Shown one piece after another: positions 1-8,531 of a stretch of DNA of 64,000 nucleotides. The first letter of the stretch is position 1; every line of letters starts with the position of its first letter. The translations under genes and the position numbers were made by a program. The stretch spans positions 224,988 to 288,987 of the forward strand of contig JBDRCX010000006.1 of assembly GCA_043821365.1 (NCBI GenBank), written 5' to 3'. The notes under the pieces were generated by a model, which made no database searches, was not told the origin of the DNA, and saw only the letters and a program-made list of their open reading frames with translations. The DNA is from Candidatus Micrarchaeota archaeon (GTDB lineage Archaea; Micrarchaeota; Micrarchaeia; Anstonellales; Bilamarchaeaceae).

Positions 1-1446
1 GATCGCGGCCAACTGTATGATGATTTTGCAAAAATTTGTATTGAACATTATGGCGCTGGTTGGGAAGTAATAGGTAAGAAATTTCATTCTGAAGTAGTGT
101 TACCAGGAGAAACATATGGGAAAGAAATGCATTTTGAGATATACTCAGACAAAGATGGCCAGGCAATTATAGATAATCTTACTATAGTAGTTGATATTCC
201 TAACGTGCCACCTGGAAGTTATGTTGGTGGATGTTATCTTTATGATAAATCAGCATTACAAACAGACAATATTGTTAGTGGTTCGGCATACGAAATCTTA
301 GAAGATGAGAGAAAAATTTATGGATCAAAAAATATATTATCTGCAGAACAAATCCCTCCTCTAGCAATAGTTTGTCTTCCTGCAGCCTTGATAATAGGTG
401 GAGTAGCGATTGTTGCATTCAACAAAGAAAAGAAAAGACCACATTATCCAGAAAGTATTTTGCCCCCAGAAAAAGAAGAACCGGAAATTATATCTATATT
501 GGTACGTAACTCTGCTCCAAAATCAGACATCATGGCTGCAACATTATTGGATTTGATAAATCGAGGAATTCTAGACATTATTGAGATGGGAAAAGAAAAA
601 ACAATATTAGTACTGAAAAAACGCCAAAAAAACCTCAAAGAAAAAGAATCCATACTCATAGAAATGATATTCAATGGTGGGAATACGCACGTAAATTTGG
701 ATCATCTTGCTAGTGATTTTGATGCAATTAAAACAAAGGAAGAGGCACACAGAAATACAATAAGCCGCGGTATTGAAAAATTTGACAATGCAGTGACAAA
801 AACAATAAAGGAAAATAAATTAGACCCAGTTGGTAGTTTATTACAATTGAAATGGTTGTTTTTGGTTGTAATTATTCTTTGCATTCCTTTTGGACTTTGT
901 ATTGGATCAAGCTGGGGAGCCATGTGGTTTGCCTGGGCAATTGTTACTGGAAATTACCTAGATATTATAGGCGTGTTTATGGCTACTGCTATATTCATTG
1001 CTTCTTGTGGTTATTTAGCTAGTAGAATATATGCACCAGAAGTACCAAAAGAAAGAGAAGATCAGTATGCTAAATGGGATGGTTTTGTTAGGGCAATAAA
1101 ATCAAGCAGGCTAAAAGAATACCCGCCAGAATCAGTAAAAATATGGGGCGGAATTTTGGTTTATGCAACTGCAATTGGTTTGGCAGACAGAGTAAAAATG
1201 CACTTATCTGAACTAAACAGATTAGTTGTAATTAAAATGGAAAGATTAGACAAAATACGCCTTGCTTCACAGCATTTTCACAGATCAGCTTTGGCACTTA
1301 ACAACTTGAGAAAATACGGAAATAGAAAGGGAAGAACATCCGGAGGTTCACATGGGGGATTTTCATCCAGATCATCAGGTGGTTGGAGTTCTAGAGGTGG
1401 GGGATTTAGTAGAAGTTCATCAGGTGGAGGGGGATTTCGCCGCTAG
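1..1446 (+). CDS. DUF2207-like membrane protein (5' end cut by window edge)
   Basis: Frame 1 is open from nt 1; the track ORF starts at an internal GTG at 97. Soluble N-terminal part and TM helices (LAIVCLPAALIIGGVAIVAF; WLFLVVIILCIPFGL). Gly/Ser-rich tail GGSHGGFSSRSSGGWSSRGGGFSRSSSGGGGFRR, as in DUF2207 proteins. Confidence 0.5.
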   Translation, partial: DRGQLYDDFAKICIEHYGAGWEVIGKKFHSEVVLPGETYGKEMHFEIYSDKDGQAIIDNLTIVVDIPNVPPGSYVGGCYLYDKSALQTDNIVSGSAYEILEDERKIYGSKNILSAEQIPPLAIVCLPAALIIGGVAIVAFNKEKKRPHYPESILPPEKEEPEIISILVRNSAPKSDIMAATLLDLINRGILDIIEMGKEKTILVLKKRQKNLKEKESILIEMIFNGGNTHVNLDHLASDFDAIKTKEEAHRNTISRGIEKFDNAVTKTIKENKLDPVGSLLQLKWLFLVVIILCIPFGLCIGSSWGAMWFAWAIVTGNYLDIIGVFMATAIFIASCGYLASRIYAPEVPKEREDQYAKWDGFVRAIKSSRLKEYPPESVKIWGGILVYATAIGLADRVKMHLSELNRLVVIKMERLDKIRLASQHFHRSALALNNLRKYGNRKGRTSGGSHGGFSSRSSGGWSSRGGGFSRSSSGGGGFRR

Positions 1447-2999
1447 TATTTCATGTTGGTTTTGATCTGGGGTTTTTTTGGTTTGAATCCCGGAGGTGGA
1501 ATCCCTTCAATTGGTTTTTTTGTAAATATTGCTTTTAGAAATAAGATAAATATTAGTAATACCCCCCCATAGTCAAAGATAGGAACAAGGAAACAACAAT
1601 AGAGTAGTACCCCACCAACCCCGAATAAAGCAGTAAGAATACTAACTGAATTATGCATTGCATGGAATAATGCTGCAATTGGCATACCGATAAGAATTCC
1701 TAGACCAGGTGCACGGAAACCACGAATTATGAAAAATGCTATAACAGCTCCAGTAATTGCAGTGTAAAAACCATGATTAGCAGAGAACACAATAGAACGA
1801 AGAATGAACAAAACTACCCAACCAATGATATCTGAACCCATTGGATTGTTGAGGAAATAGATCCAGTCTTCTATGAATGCAAAACCCATACCAATAACAA
1901 AACCGTATACTATTCCATCTTCTATTGAATCATATTCATGATGTTCGGATAATAAAGAAAGACCACTGCCCTTATAGCCCTCTTCTATTATTGGGGCGAC
2001 TAAAAAACTTGAAAGAAACCCTAACCCTAATATTCCGAATAGCACTCCTGCTAATGTGTTTATGCCTATCGCCATAAGTGCGGATAGCATGCCCCAAAGG
2101 AATAATGTAATTAGAATTCTGACTGGTTCTCGCTCTTTGAAATCAACATACCACCAGGCAGCACACCATAGAAATGGTATGAAAAAAGCAGCCATACCAG
2201 AAATAACAAAACCAGTTAATGCGGGAAGCGATTTCCATGCTTCTGCACTCATAACCATGTAGGATAGAATGAAAATTATCCCAATAAATTCAAATGCCCA
2301 GAAATATGGGGAGGTAATTAATGAGTAGAATTTTTGTAAAATGGTGCTTGTATTTGCAAACGGGTGAAGTAGAGAACGTAATGAATATTCACCAGGGAAT
2401 GAAAGTTTGTGTTTTGTCTCACTTGCAATTTTTAAAATTAGCAAGACCACTGGAACTATTATGGCAACATATACTCCAACTAATAGAAAAAAAGCAATTG
2501 TTGAGAACTCCCAGAAATTCACTTCATAATCAGACCAATCAAGAACAAACGATAGTGGATCTGTAGAGTATTCTTTTCCATTTTGTTCAAGGATAGCAAA
2601 AACTTCATAATTTCCTTTTCCTTCGTAATTGTATGGAATATAAGCGATACAATCAACTTTTGTTAGTCCAACATAATCACTTGTTTCATAAAACTCTTCA
2701 AGACAATCAATTTCATTTATCGATTTGCCATTGGCATAAATTTTAAGGTAAAGAAGACTTGTTGATGTTAATTTTGGGGTTTTTAAGGTAAGATTAATCT
2801 CATGAGGAGAATCACTAATAGATAATGGGATGTTGATTGGTTGAATAGAAAAATCAGGGTGGTGAATAGTCGATATGGTATCAATTGTTTCAGGCCCTAA
2901 AACCATACTCAAACCAAGTACAATAATACTAGCCATAATACCCAAAATTGCAAGGATTATAAGAAATCCAACAAAACCGCGATTAACAAGCCCTAGCAT
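1443..2999 (-). CDS. PrsW/CPBP-type intramembrane metalloprotease-like protein with N-terminal extracytoplasmic domain
   Basis: Polytopic membrane protein. Motifs IIEEGYKG (E-E-x-x-K), FSANHG (F-x3-H) and FHAMHNS (H-x3-N) fit the PrsW/CPBP signature. Start moved from 3167 to ATG 2999 (MLGLVNRGFVGFL...), because the upstream 56 codons run into the divergent promoter. Confidence 0.5.
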   Translation of the reverse strand: MLGLVNRGFVGFLIILAILGIMASIIVLGLSMVLGPETIDTISTIHHPDFSIQPINIPLSISDSPHEINLTLKTPKLTSTSLLYLKIYANGKSINEIDCLEEFYETSDYVGLTKVDCIAYIPYNYEGKGNYEVFAILEQNGKEYSTDPLSFVLDWSDYEVNFWEFSTIAFFLLVGVYVAIIVPVVLLILKIASETKHKLSFPGEYSLRSLLHPFANTSTILQKFYSLITSPYFWAFEFIGIIFILSYMVMSAEAWKSLPALTGFVISGMAAFFIPFLWCAAWWYVDFKEREPVRILITLFLWGMLSALMAIGINTLAGVLFGILGLGFLSSFLVAPIIEEGYKGSGLSLLSEHHEYDSIEDGIVYGFVIGMGFAFIEDWIYFLNNPMGSDIIGWVVLFILRSIVFSANHGFYTAITGAVIAFFIIRGFRAPGLGILIGMPIAALFHAMHNSVSILTALFGVGGVLLYCCFLVPIFDYGGVLLIFILFLKAIFTKKPIEGIPPPGFKPKKPQIKTNMKY

Positions 3000-3189
3000 T
3001 GAAAGGTTATTGAAGTATAGGAATAAAAACCTGAGATTCGCAATAATGTTGCTACAATGACGACACAGGTGATCACTGAGGCACAGCCTGTGATGATTGA
3101 CGTGCGGTCTGAGTAGTTTTTTGTTGACTGGAATCGCGTTGTGTAACCAAATAATGAGAAAATACACACAAGTAAAAAGAGTTTATTTT

Positions 3190-3858
3190 ATGAATAATAT
3201 ACAAATCAAAATTCTATTGGCGTTTGTGCTTATGCCAATTGTTTTAGGATTAATGTTTTTCGTGCCTGCAGGAACAATAAATTATTGGCAGGGGTGGGCA
3301 TATATTCTAGTGTTAACGGCGCCGATGATTTTTGTTTTGTTATATTTCCTGAAGAAAGATCCTGAATTTTTAGAAAGAAGAATGAGAATGAAAGAAAAAG
3401 AAACAAAACAACAACTAATTATCAAGATCTCGGGGGGGATTTTTCTTATCGGATTTCTTATACCTGGTTTTGATAGATATTTTGGCTGGTCTCAAATACC
3501 TGATGGAATAAGTTTTATTGCGATGATTGTAGTATTTTTAGGATATGCTATGGTCTTTTTGACTTTCAAGGAAAATAGCTATGCTGGAAGAACAATAGAA
3601 GTTGAAAAAGGACAATATGTAATATCAACAGGGCCGTATTCAATCGTGAGACATCCGATGTATGTTGGCACCAGTGCGATGTTTCTTGCAACACCAATTG
3701 CACTAGGTTCATATGTTGCTTTTCCAATATTTTTATTATGGATTCCTTTGATAATTATGAGGATTTTGAATGAAGAAGAAGTACTGAAACATGAATTAAA
3801 AGGATATGAAGAGTATTGCAACAAAACGAAATATCGACTGGTGCCTTTTATTTGGTGA
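3190..3858 (+). CDS. Isoprenylcysteine carboxyl methyltransferase (ICMT)/phospholipid methyltransferase family membrane protein
   Basis: Multi-TM protein with RHPMYVG and C-terminal NEEEVLKHELKGYEEYCNKTKYRLVPFIW, the ICMT/PEMT-family signature. Start could be ATG 3154 or 3190. Confidence 0.65.
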   Translation: MNNIQIKILLAFVLMPIVLGLMFFVPAGTINYWQGWAYILVLTAPMIFVLLYFLKKDPEFLERRMRMKEKETKQQLIIKISGGIFLIGFLIPGFDRYFGWSQIPDGISFIAMIVVFLGYAMVFLTFKENSYAGRTIEVEKGQYVISTGPYSIVRHPMYVGTSAMFLATPIALGSYVAFPIFLLWIPLIIMRILNEEEVLKHELKGYEEYCNKTKYRLVPFIW

Positions 3859-4483
3859 GTGGATGTTTGAGAGGGGTTGGTTGTCTTTGGCCAGGGCATT
3901 GTGATGTAACTGGCCTTGAAACTGCCTTCCACCGTGGTCCTTCATATTGGAGATTTGCTCTGTGTATGCCACCAAGAATCGAACTTAGAGTGTGACCATT
4001 AGTTAATCTTGTAACATCACAATATCTGAATCCAAAAACACTTGCAGCCATACGATCAGCTTCACTATCACCAAAACCAACTATAAAATCAAATTTTCTT
4101 TTGCCAGAAATTGCTTCGATAACATGTTCCGTAGGGATTCCAAGAGTAGCCAGTATACCATACATGGCAGTAAGTTTACCAATTTCATCACATGCACTTG
4201 GATGATGTTGAAATACTACTGAGAGAATCTTTGATGGAAGTAGTCCACCAGTATTAGCCCGAGTAAATACATTAGATGGAACACCTGCCAGGTCCAAATG
4301 GTATGCAGCATCATCATGAGAATGATTTGAAGCTAAGAATAAATCCATAGTACGGCTTGCCTCTGCTAGTGCATCAGGTAAACAAGATGTCATAGGTACA
4401 AGCTTTCCTGATTCCATCCTAATCAAAGTATCATTTACATCTAATGCCAGTACTTCAGCTGGGGTATTTAGTATATTATTCAT
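3848..4483 (-). CDS. HAD-superfamily-like hydrolase (divergent)
   Basis: LALDVNDTL resembles HAD motif I, with Asn at the D+2 position. GFGDSEADRMAA resembles motif IV (GDxxxD). GC is visibly higher than in the flanking genes. Confidence 0.35.
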   Translation of the reverse strand: MNNILNTPAEVLALDVNDTLIRMESGKLVPMTSCLPDALAEASRTMDLFLASNHSHDDAAYHLDLAGVPSNVFTRANTGGLLPSKILSVVFQHHPSACDEIGKLTAMYGILATLGIPTEHVIEAISGKRKFDFIVGFGDSEADRMAASVFGFRYCDVTRLTNGHTLSSILGGIHRANLQYEGPRWKAVSRPVTSQCPGQRQPTPLKHPLTK

Positions 4484-4655
4484 AAAATCACTTTATGGGT
4501 AGGTCTAACTAATTTTGTAATAAAAAATATGGAACGAAGTATTTAAATGCGTGTGTTATTTAAAGTTGGAAAACGTGTTTTTATAAGAAGCTTAATAAAA
4601 CTGAATAAACCAAAAAACAATTAATAATTAACATAGTCTAGATTACGTGGTAAAT

Positions 4656-5348
4656 ATGGATTGGAAACTTGTTTTTGTTGTTTGTATGATAGGGATTGGG
4701 CTTAGTTATGCTTTTTCATTAAATGATATCTTGATGAGTTTTACTGATGATTGGTTTGATATGGGCCAGATAGAAACAGAAGAGCAGGACTACCAAAATT
4801 CATTTGATAATCAAACCGGATCAGTCGCGTATGCTTCTAACTCACAACAATTCCAAGAAGATCCTGTGCTTGATGATTTGGCCATCATGCCACAAAAGAT
4901 AGACGATGCTCCACCTGCTAGTAGCGGTGGACAAAATAGCACAAAACTAACGTACAGTGACATGTATGCAGAGTATTTCGGTTATACCTACATTCATGAT
5001 AATTATGTTAGAGCAATATCTTTATCAACTAAAAGCAAAAATAACACCCCAATATATGTTGTCTCAGTATTTTTTGAACTTGAAACTATTGATCTAAATC
5101 ATATATATGATGGACCATTAGGTAGTATGCATTATTTAGAGGTAGAATACAAGAAAGTTGAAGACGCAAAAACAATGTACGAATTACTAAATGCAAAGGA
5201 TGGACTTCCAGAAATATGGTTCAATACAGAAGAATGTTATTATCAATTTGATGATAGAAAAGATCCAAAAGGAACAAAATTTGCATATTGTATTATAGAT
5301 CCTTCAAGAGGAAAGGACCAACTAAGAGTTGGGCATGACATACAATAA
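4656..5348 (+). CDS. Hypothetical N-terminally anchored protein
   Basis: Long ORF with an N-terminal TM/signal segment (WKLVFVVCMIGIGLSYAFS). ATG at 4656 preferred over the track GTG at 4647. No recognisable domain. Confidence 0.4.
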   Translation: MDWKLVFVVCMIGIGLSYAFSLNDILMSFTDDWFDMGQIETEEQDYQNSFDNQTGSVAYASNSQQFQEDPVLDDLAIMPQKIDDAPPASSGGQNSTKLTYSDMYAEYFGYTYIHDNYVRAISLSTKSKNNTPIYVVSVFFELETIDLNHIYDGPLGSMHYLEVEYKKVEDAKTMYELLNAKDGLPEIWFNTEECYYQFDDRKDPKGTKFAYCIIDPSRGKDQLRVGHDIQ

Positions 5349-5385
5349 TTATTTTCTATTTTTTCCAACGCAATTCCTACAATGA

Positions 5386-6777
5386 TTACCGTGGGCAATC
5401 TTGAGGGCAAATAAACTCATTATTTTTTTCAAAATTATCACATATACCATCCCCACAGGGATTTGGTTGTTTTATTTTCATATTGTTTAGTATGAAGAAT
5501 CTACCAAAATGAAAAATTGGATTTGGCGGTATTGACACACTGTGCCTGTCTTTCTGAAGAATAACAAAATTTGCAGTTTTGCCATCTGTCAAATTAAGAC
5601 CTGCCGCCTGGGCCCAGTACTTAATTCCTCCAGACACGCCTGTAAATGAAGCATTGGGAAAGGCAGTGTGAAGTGTTAAAAAGCCATCCCACTCTTCATT
5701 TGTAATTATTGGAGCTAGGGCGTCGCCCATCTGATAGAATAGATAAAAATTAAACAAACAGATTAGAAGAATAGAAAAATAGAATAAGGGTTTGTTTGAG
5801 ATTAAGTATAACGCGCCAATAGCCATCAATGGAACAGACACCAAGTAGGCCATTAGCTCAAACCTGATTACCCAACTATGGTCAACGAATATTGGTTGCA
5901 TCAATAAAAGACTCATGATAAGCCAGATTAAAAAAAGAAAAAAGTGCCGTTTGTTGAGTTTATATATATTTAAAAGACCGAGGAGGATAAAAACAATCAT
6001 AATAGAATACGCCCCAAGAATAGAAAAATTGAACCAGTTCTGCCCGGGTTTTAGATTTTGAAGGCCAAGTGTTCCGATACCTTCACCTGTGATGAGATCT
6101 GGGCGGATGGCGAGCACAAAAATAGCACATATAAGTATCATGATGGCAGCACAAAAAGAAAGCTTAGCTTCTGTGGTCAGAGATTTTTTTTCATAATAAT
6201 CTATTGCTGGAAATAAAAGTAGAAATGGAAATAAAGAAACAACAATATAAGCTGTTGAACTGAAATGAGTCCCAAGCATAAGTATGAAGGATAAGGTAGT
6301 TAGTATGATATCGCGCTTCTTTTTTTCTTCAAAAACACGTAAAAGGAAATAAATGAAAAAAACACCGAAAAAAAGACCGCCCAGGTTTTTCAAAAGTCCT
6401 TCCATTATTCTTACATTTGCATAGGAAAATGCACCTAAAAATGAACCAAGAATCGCAATTTTTTTATTTTTTGAAATTTGAAGGAGTAGGAAATAGAATG
6501 GGAATGCCATAGCCGCACTTAGAAGCGCAGCACCAACTTTAATCCCAATAGTAACATCTTCAAAAACCAACGAAAAGAAGGAAAGATAATAGAAAATAAT
6601 CGGTGGGGAAATACCAATATCTGGAACTCCTGCCGTAAGAGTTTCATTGACACGCATAAAGTAATAGCCAGCATCAACACCGTAGAGAAGATCGTATTTA
6701 GTTAGAAAATAGATACGCATGATAAATGCGAAAAGAAAAATAAGTAGAACTGCTAAATGTTCTAATTTCAATTTCAT
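5386..6777 (-). CDS. GT-C fold (GT39/ArnT-like) membrane glycosyltransferase with Cys-rich C-terminal tail
   Basis: About 12 predicted TM helices. First-loop acidic motif YGVDAGYY. Soluble C-terminal part ends in PCGDGICDNFEKNNEFICPQDCPR. Confidence 0.45.
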   Translation of the reverse strand: MKLKLEHLAVLLIFLFAFIMRIYFLTKYDLLYGVDAGYYFMRVNETLTAGVPDIGISPPIIFYYLSFFSLVFEDVTIGIKVGAALLSAAMAFPFYFLLLQISKNKKIAILGSFLGAFSYANVRIMEGLLKNLGGLFFGVFFIYFLLRVFEEKKKRDIILTTLSFILMLGTHFSSTAYIVVSLFPFLLLFPAIDYYEKKSLTTEAKLSFCAAIMILICAIFVLAIRPDLITGEGIGTLGLQNLKPGQNWFNFSILGAYSIMIVFILLGLLNIYKLNKRHFFLFLIWLIMSLLLMQPIFVDHSWVIRFELMAYLVSVPLMAIGALYLISNKPLFYFSILLICLFNFYLFYQMGDALAPIITNEEWDGFLTLHTAFPNASFTGVSGGIKYWAQAAGLNLTDGKTANFVILQKDRHSVSIPPNPIFHFGRFFILNNMKIKQPNPCGDGICDNFEKNNEFICPQDCPR

Positions 6778-6844
6778 GTAAAAATATTGTTTTTTTGTGT
6801 TTAATAACTTTCCAGTTTCTCAATTACAGACTACGATAACCCAA

Positions 6845-8365
6845 TCAAAACGGATATTGGACTTCAACATATTCGGGTGGAGCTCCGGTCCTTTGAACAA
6901 CCGCAGCAAAATCACGGATTAGTTTCAATGTTGGGCCTGCCTCAGCCTCATCCCGAAGTGCCACTGTTCGTATGTATTGTGGAACCCCATTACGATAATC
7001 TCTTGCAAAAAACATATCCCCATCACTCATAAACACAACTGAAGCAACTGCGCTGCGATTTGCAACTATGTCTTGCATTGCTTGATTGAGAGTCCATTCT
7101 GCAAATCTTGCTGCCTGAGATTTGCCATTTCTATCATACCTAAAGCGCCACATAATATAGAAACTGTTGAGTTTGTTTGGATCCACCAAGCCATTCGCAT
7201 CAAGGCAAAATGGATGCACTTTTACCATCGGAATCTGAAGCAGTTGTTCTGCAAAATATAATGTGTTGGAACCAACAGTAGAACGCATTGTTTCTTGTCG
7301 TTTTTGCTCATCAGTAAACGCACTAATATCTGTACGTTGTTGTCTTAACCAATTCATTGCTGCCATCTGGGTGTGAACATCAACAGTACCCAAGGTAATT
7401 GCATAGGAAACATCCACGTGCCTGAATAACATCTCATTGAAAGCGTCTGCTTGACGCACAGCTTCTTTTTGGAATCCGTGAGAATCTGCAAGTAGATACC
7501 CGTATCCGATTCGTTTGCCGCACCAACACTGGGATTTTGAAAATGTGCCAGTAACAAGTTCAATGGCTGTGCTTCCAACTTCCATTATTCTTTGGACAGG
7601 ATCAAATCTTGTGGACTGATCTCTTCTAAACGGTTCATATGTCGGATCAGTTATCCTATGCAAACGAATATTGAATTTTTTGTTTAGAGTCGTTAACATT
7701 CGCGTAATCGAATCAAAAGTATCCTGATCCATAGCAGAACCAAGAGGATTGCCAATTGTTGTCCCAACCAAAACATAACGAACACCCCTACCATGTTCCT
7801 GGATTGTTTTTTCCATGATTGATTTTAGCTGGTCTGGATCAACCACGCCAGTTTTAGGATCAAGTGGGATCGTAACAATATCAGCTTCAACATATGCAGA
7901 CTCGGCCAAAAATAAGGGGTAAGTCAGTTCAGGCACAAACACTATTGATTTGTGTTTTTTACCACCTGCAACTGCTCCCATGTATGCACGAACTACCCCA
8001 CTTGAACCTGGGCCAGTAAAAACAAAAACATCTTTTTCATTTAAACGGTTTGTTCTAACTTCGCTCCCTATGATTCTATGATCATAATAGCGTAATTCTT
8101 CTAAAAGTTCAGGTAGACCAATCGAATGGGTATAGGATGGATTGGAAGTGACTGCATCTGCAAGAGCAGCACGTAAGCGTGTTGGAGGCATGAAACCGAA
8201 TTGAGTTGGATCTCCAAGACTAAAATCGCATATGGGGAGTTTTCCAGGCCGTCTTTCCTCTAATAAACGTCTTTGAAAGATGTTGGCACGGGTCTTAACC
8301 GGAGTAACATCAGATAACCGTAAGCTATGGTCTTGTAATTCCTGAAATCTACCTGGTTTAGCCAT
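6845..8365 (-). CDS. PLP-dependent aminotransferase, class I/II fold, with C-terminal extension
   Basis: Full set of fold-type I PLP motifs: GNPLG (Asn206), ITDPTYEPF (Asp240/Tyr243), TFSKSQCWCGKRIGYGY (Lys277, Arg285). At 506 aa it is longer than typical members. GC-shifted. Confidence 0.6.
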   Translation of the reverse strand: MAKPGRFQELQDHSLRLSDVTPVKTRANIFQRRLLEERRPGKLPICDFSLGDPTQFGFMPPTRLRAALADAVTSNPSYTHSIGLPELLEELRYYDHRIIGSEVRTNRLNEKDVFVFTGPGSSGVVRAYMGAVAGGKKHKSIVFVPELTYPLFLAESAYVEADIVTIPLDPKTGVVDPDQLKSIMEKTIQEHGRGVRYVLVGTTIGNPLGSAMDQDTFDSITRMLTTLNKKFNIRLHRITDPTYEPFRRDQSTRFDPVQRIMEVGSTAIELVTGTFSKSQCWCGKRIGYGYLLADSHGFQKEAVRQADAFNEMLFRHVDVSYAITLGTVDVHTQMAAMNWLRQQRTDISAFTDEQKRQETMRSTVGSNTLYFAEQLLQIPMVKVHPFCLDANGLVDPNKLNSFYIMWRFRYDRNGKSQAARFAEWTLNQAMQDIVANRSAVASVVFMSDGDMFFARDYRNGVPQYIRTVALRDEAEAGPTLKLIRDFAAVVQRTGAPPEYVEVQYPF

Positions 8366-8531
8366 ATCCTCGCCTTAGAAGTAGAATTACATTTACCTGC
8401 AAACAATTTATATACATACAACCTGTTTCTACGACATATGGCGTACATAAATGGCATTGGTGCATATTTCCACCAAAACCCAAAAACTCCATAAAATATA
8501 ACATTTAAAAAGTGTTTAGAAGATATAAACT

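Noticed and set aside
1303-1443. Gly/Ser/Arg-rich repetitive stretch at the end of the first ORF, considered as an independent low-complexity element or frameshifted region.
   Set aside because: It is in frame with the upstream ORF and is the expected Gly-rich tail of DUF2207-type proteins.
1480-1493. ggtttgaatcccgg, resembling a tRNA T-arm/T-loop.
   Set aside because: No acceptor, D or anticodon arms can be drawn around it, and it lies inside the PrsW-like coding frame. I found no other tRNA-like T-loop (ggttcgaatc or ggttcaaatc with paired flanks) in the intergenic spacers.
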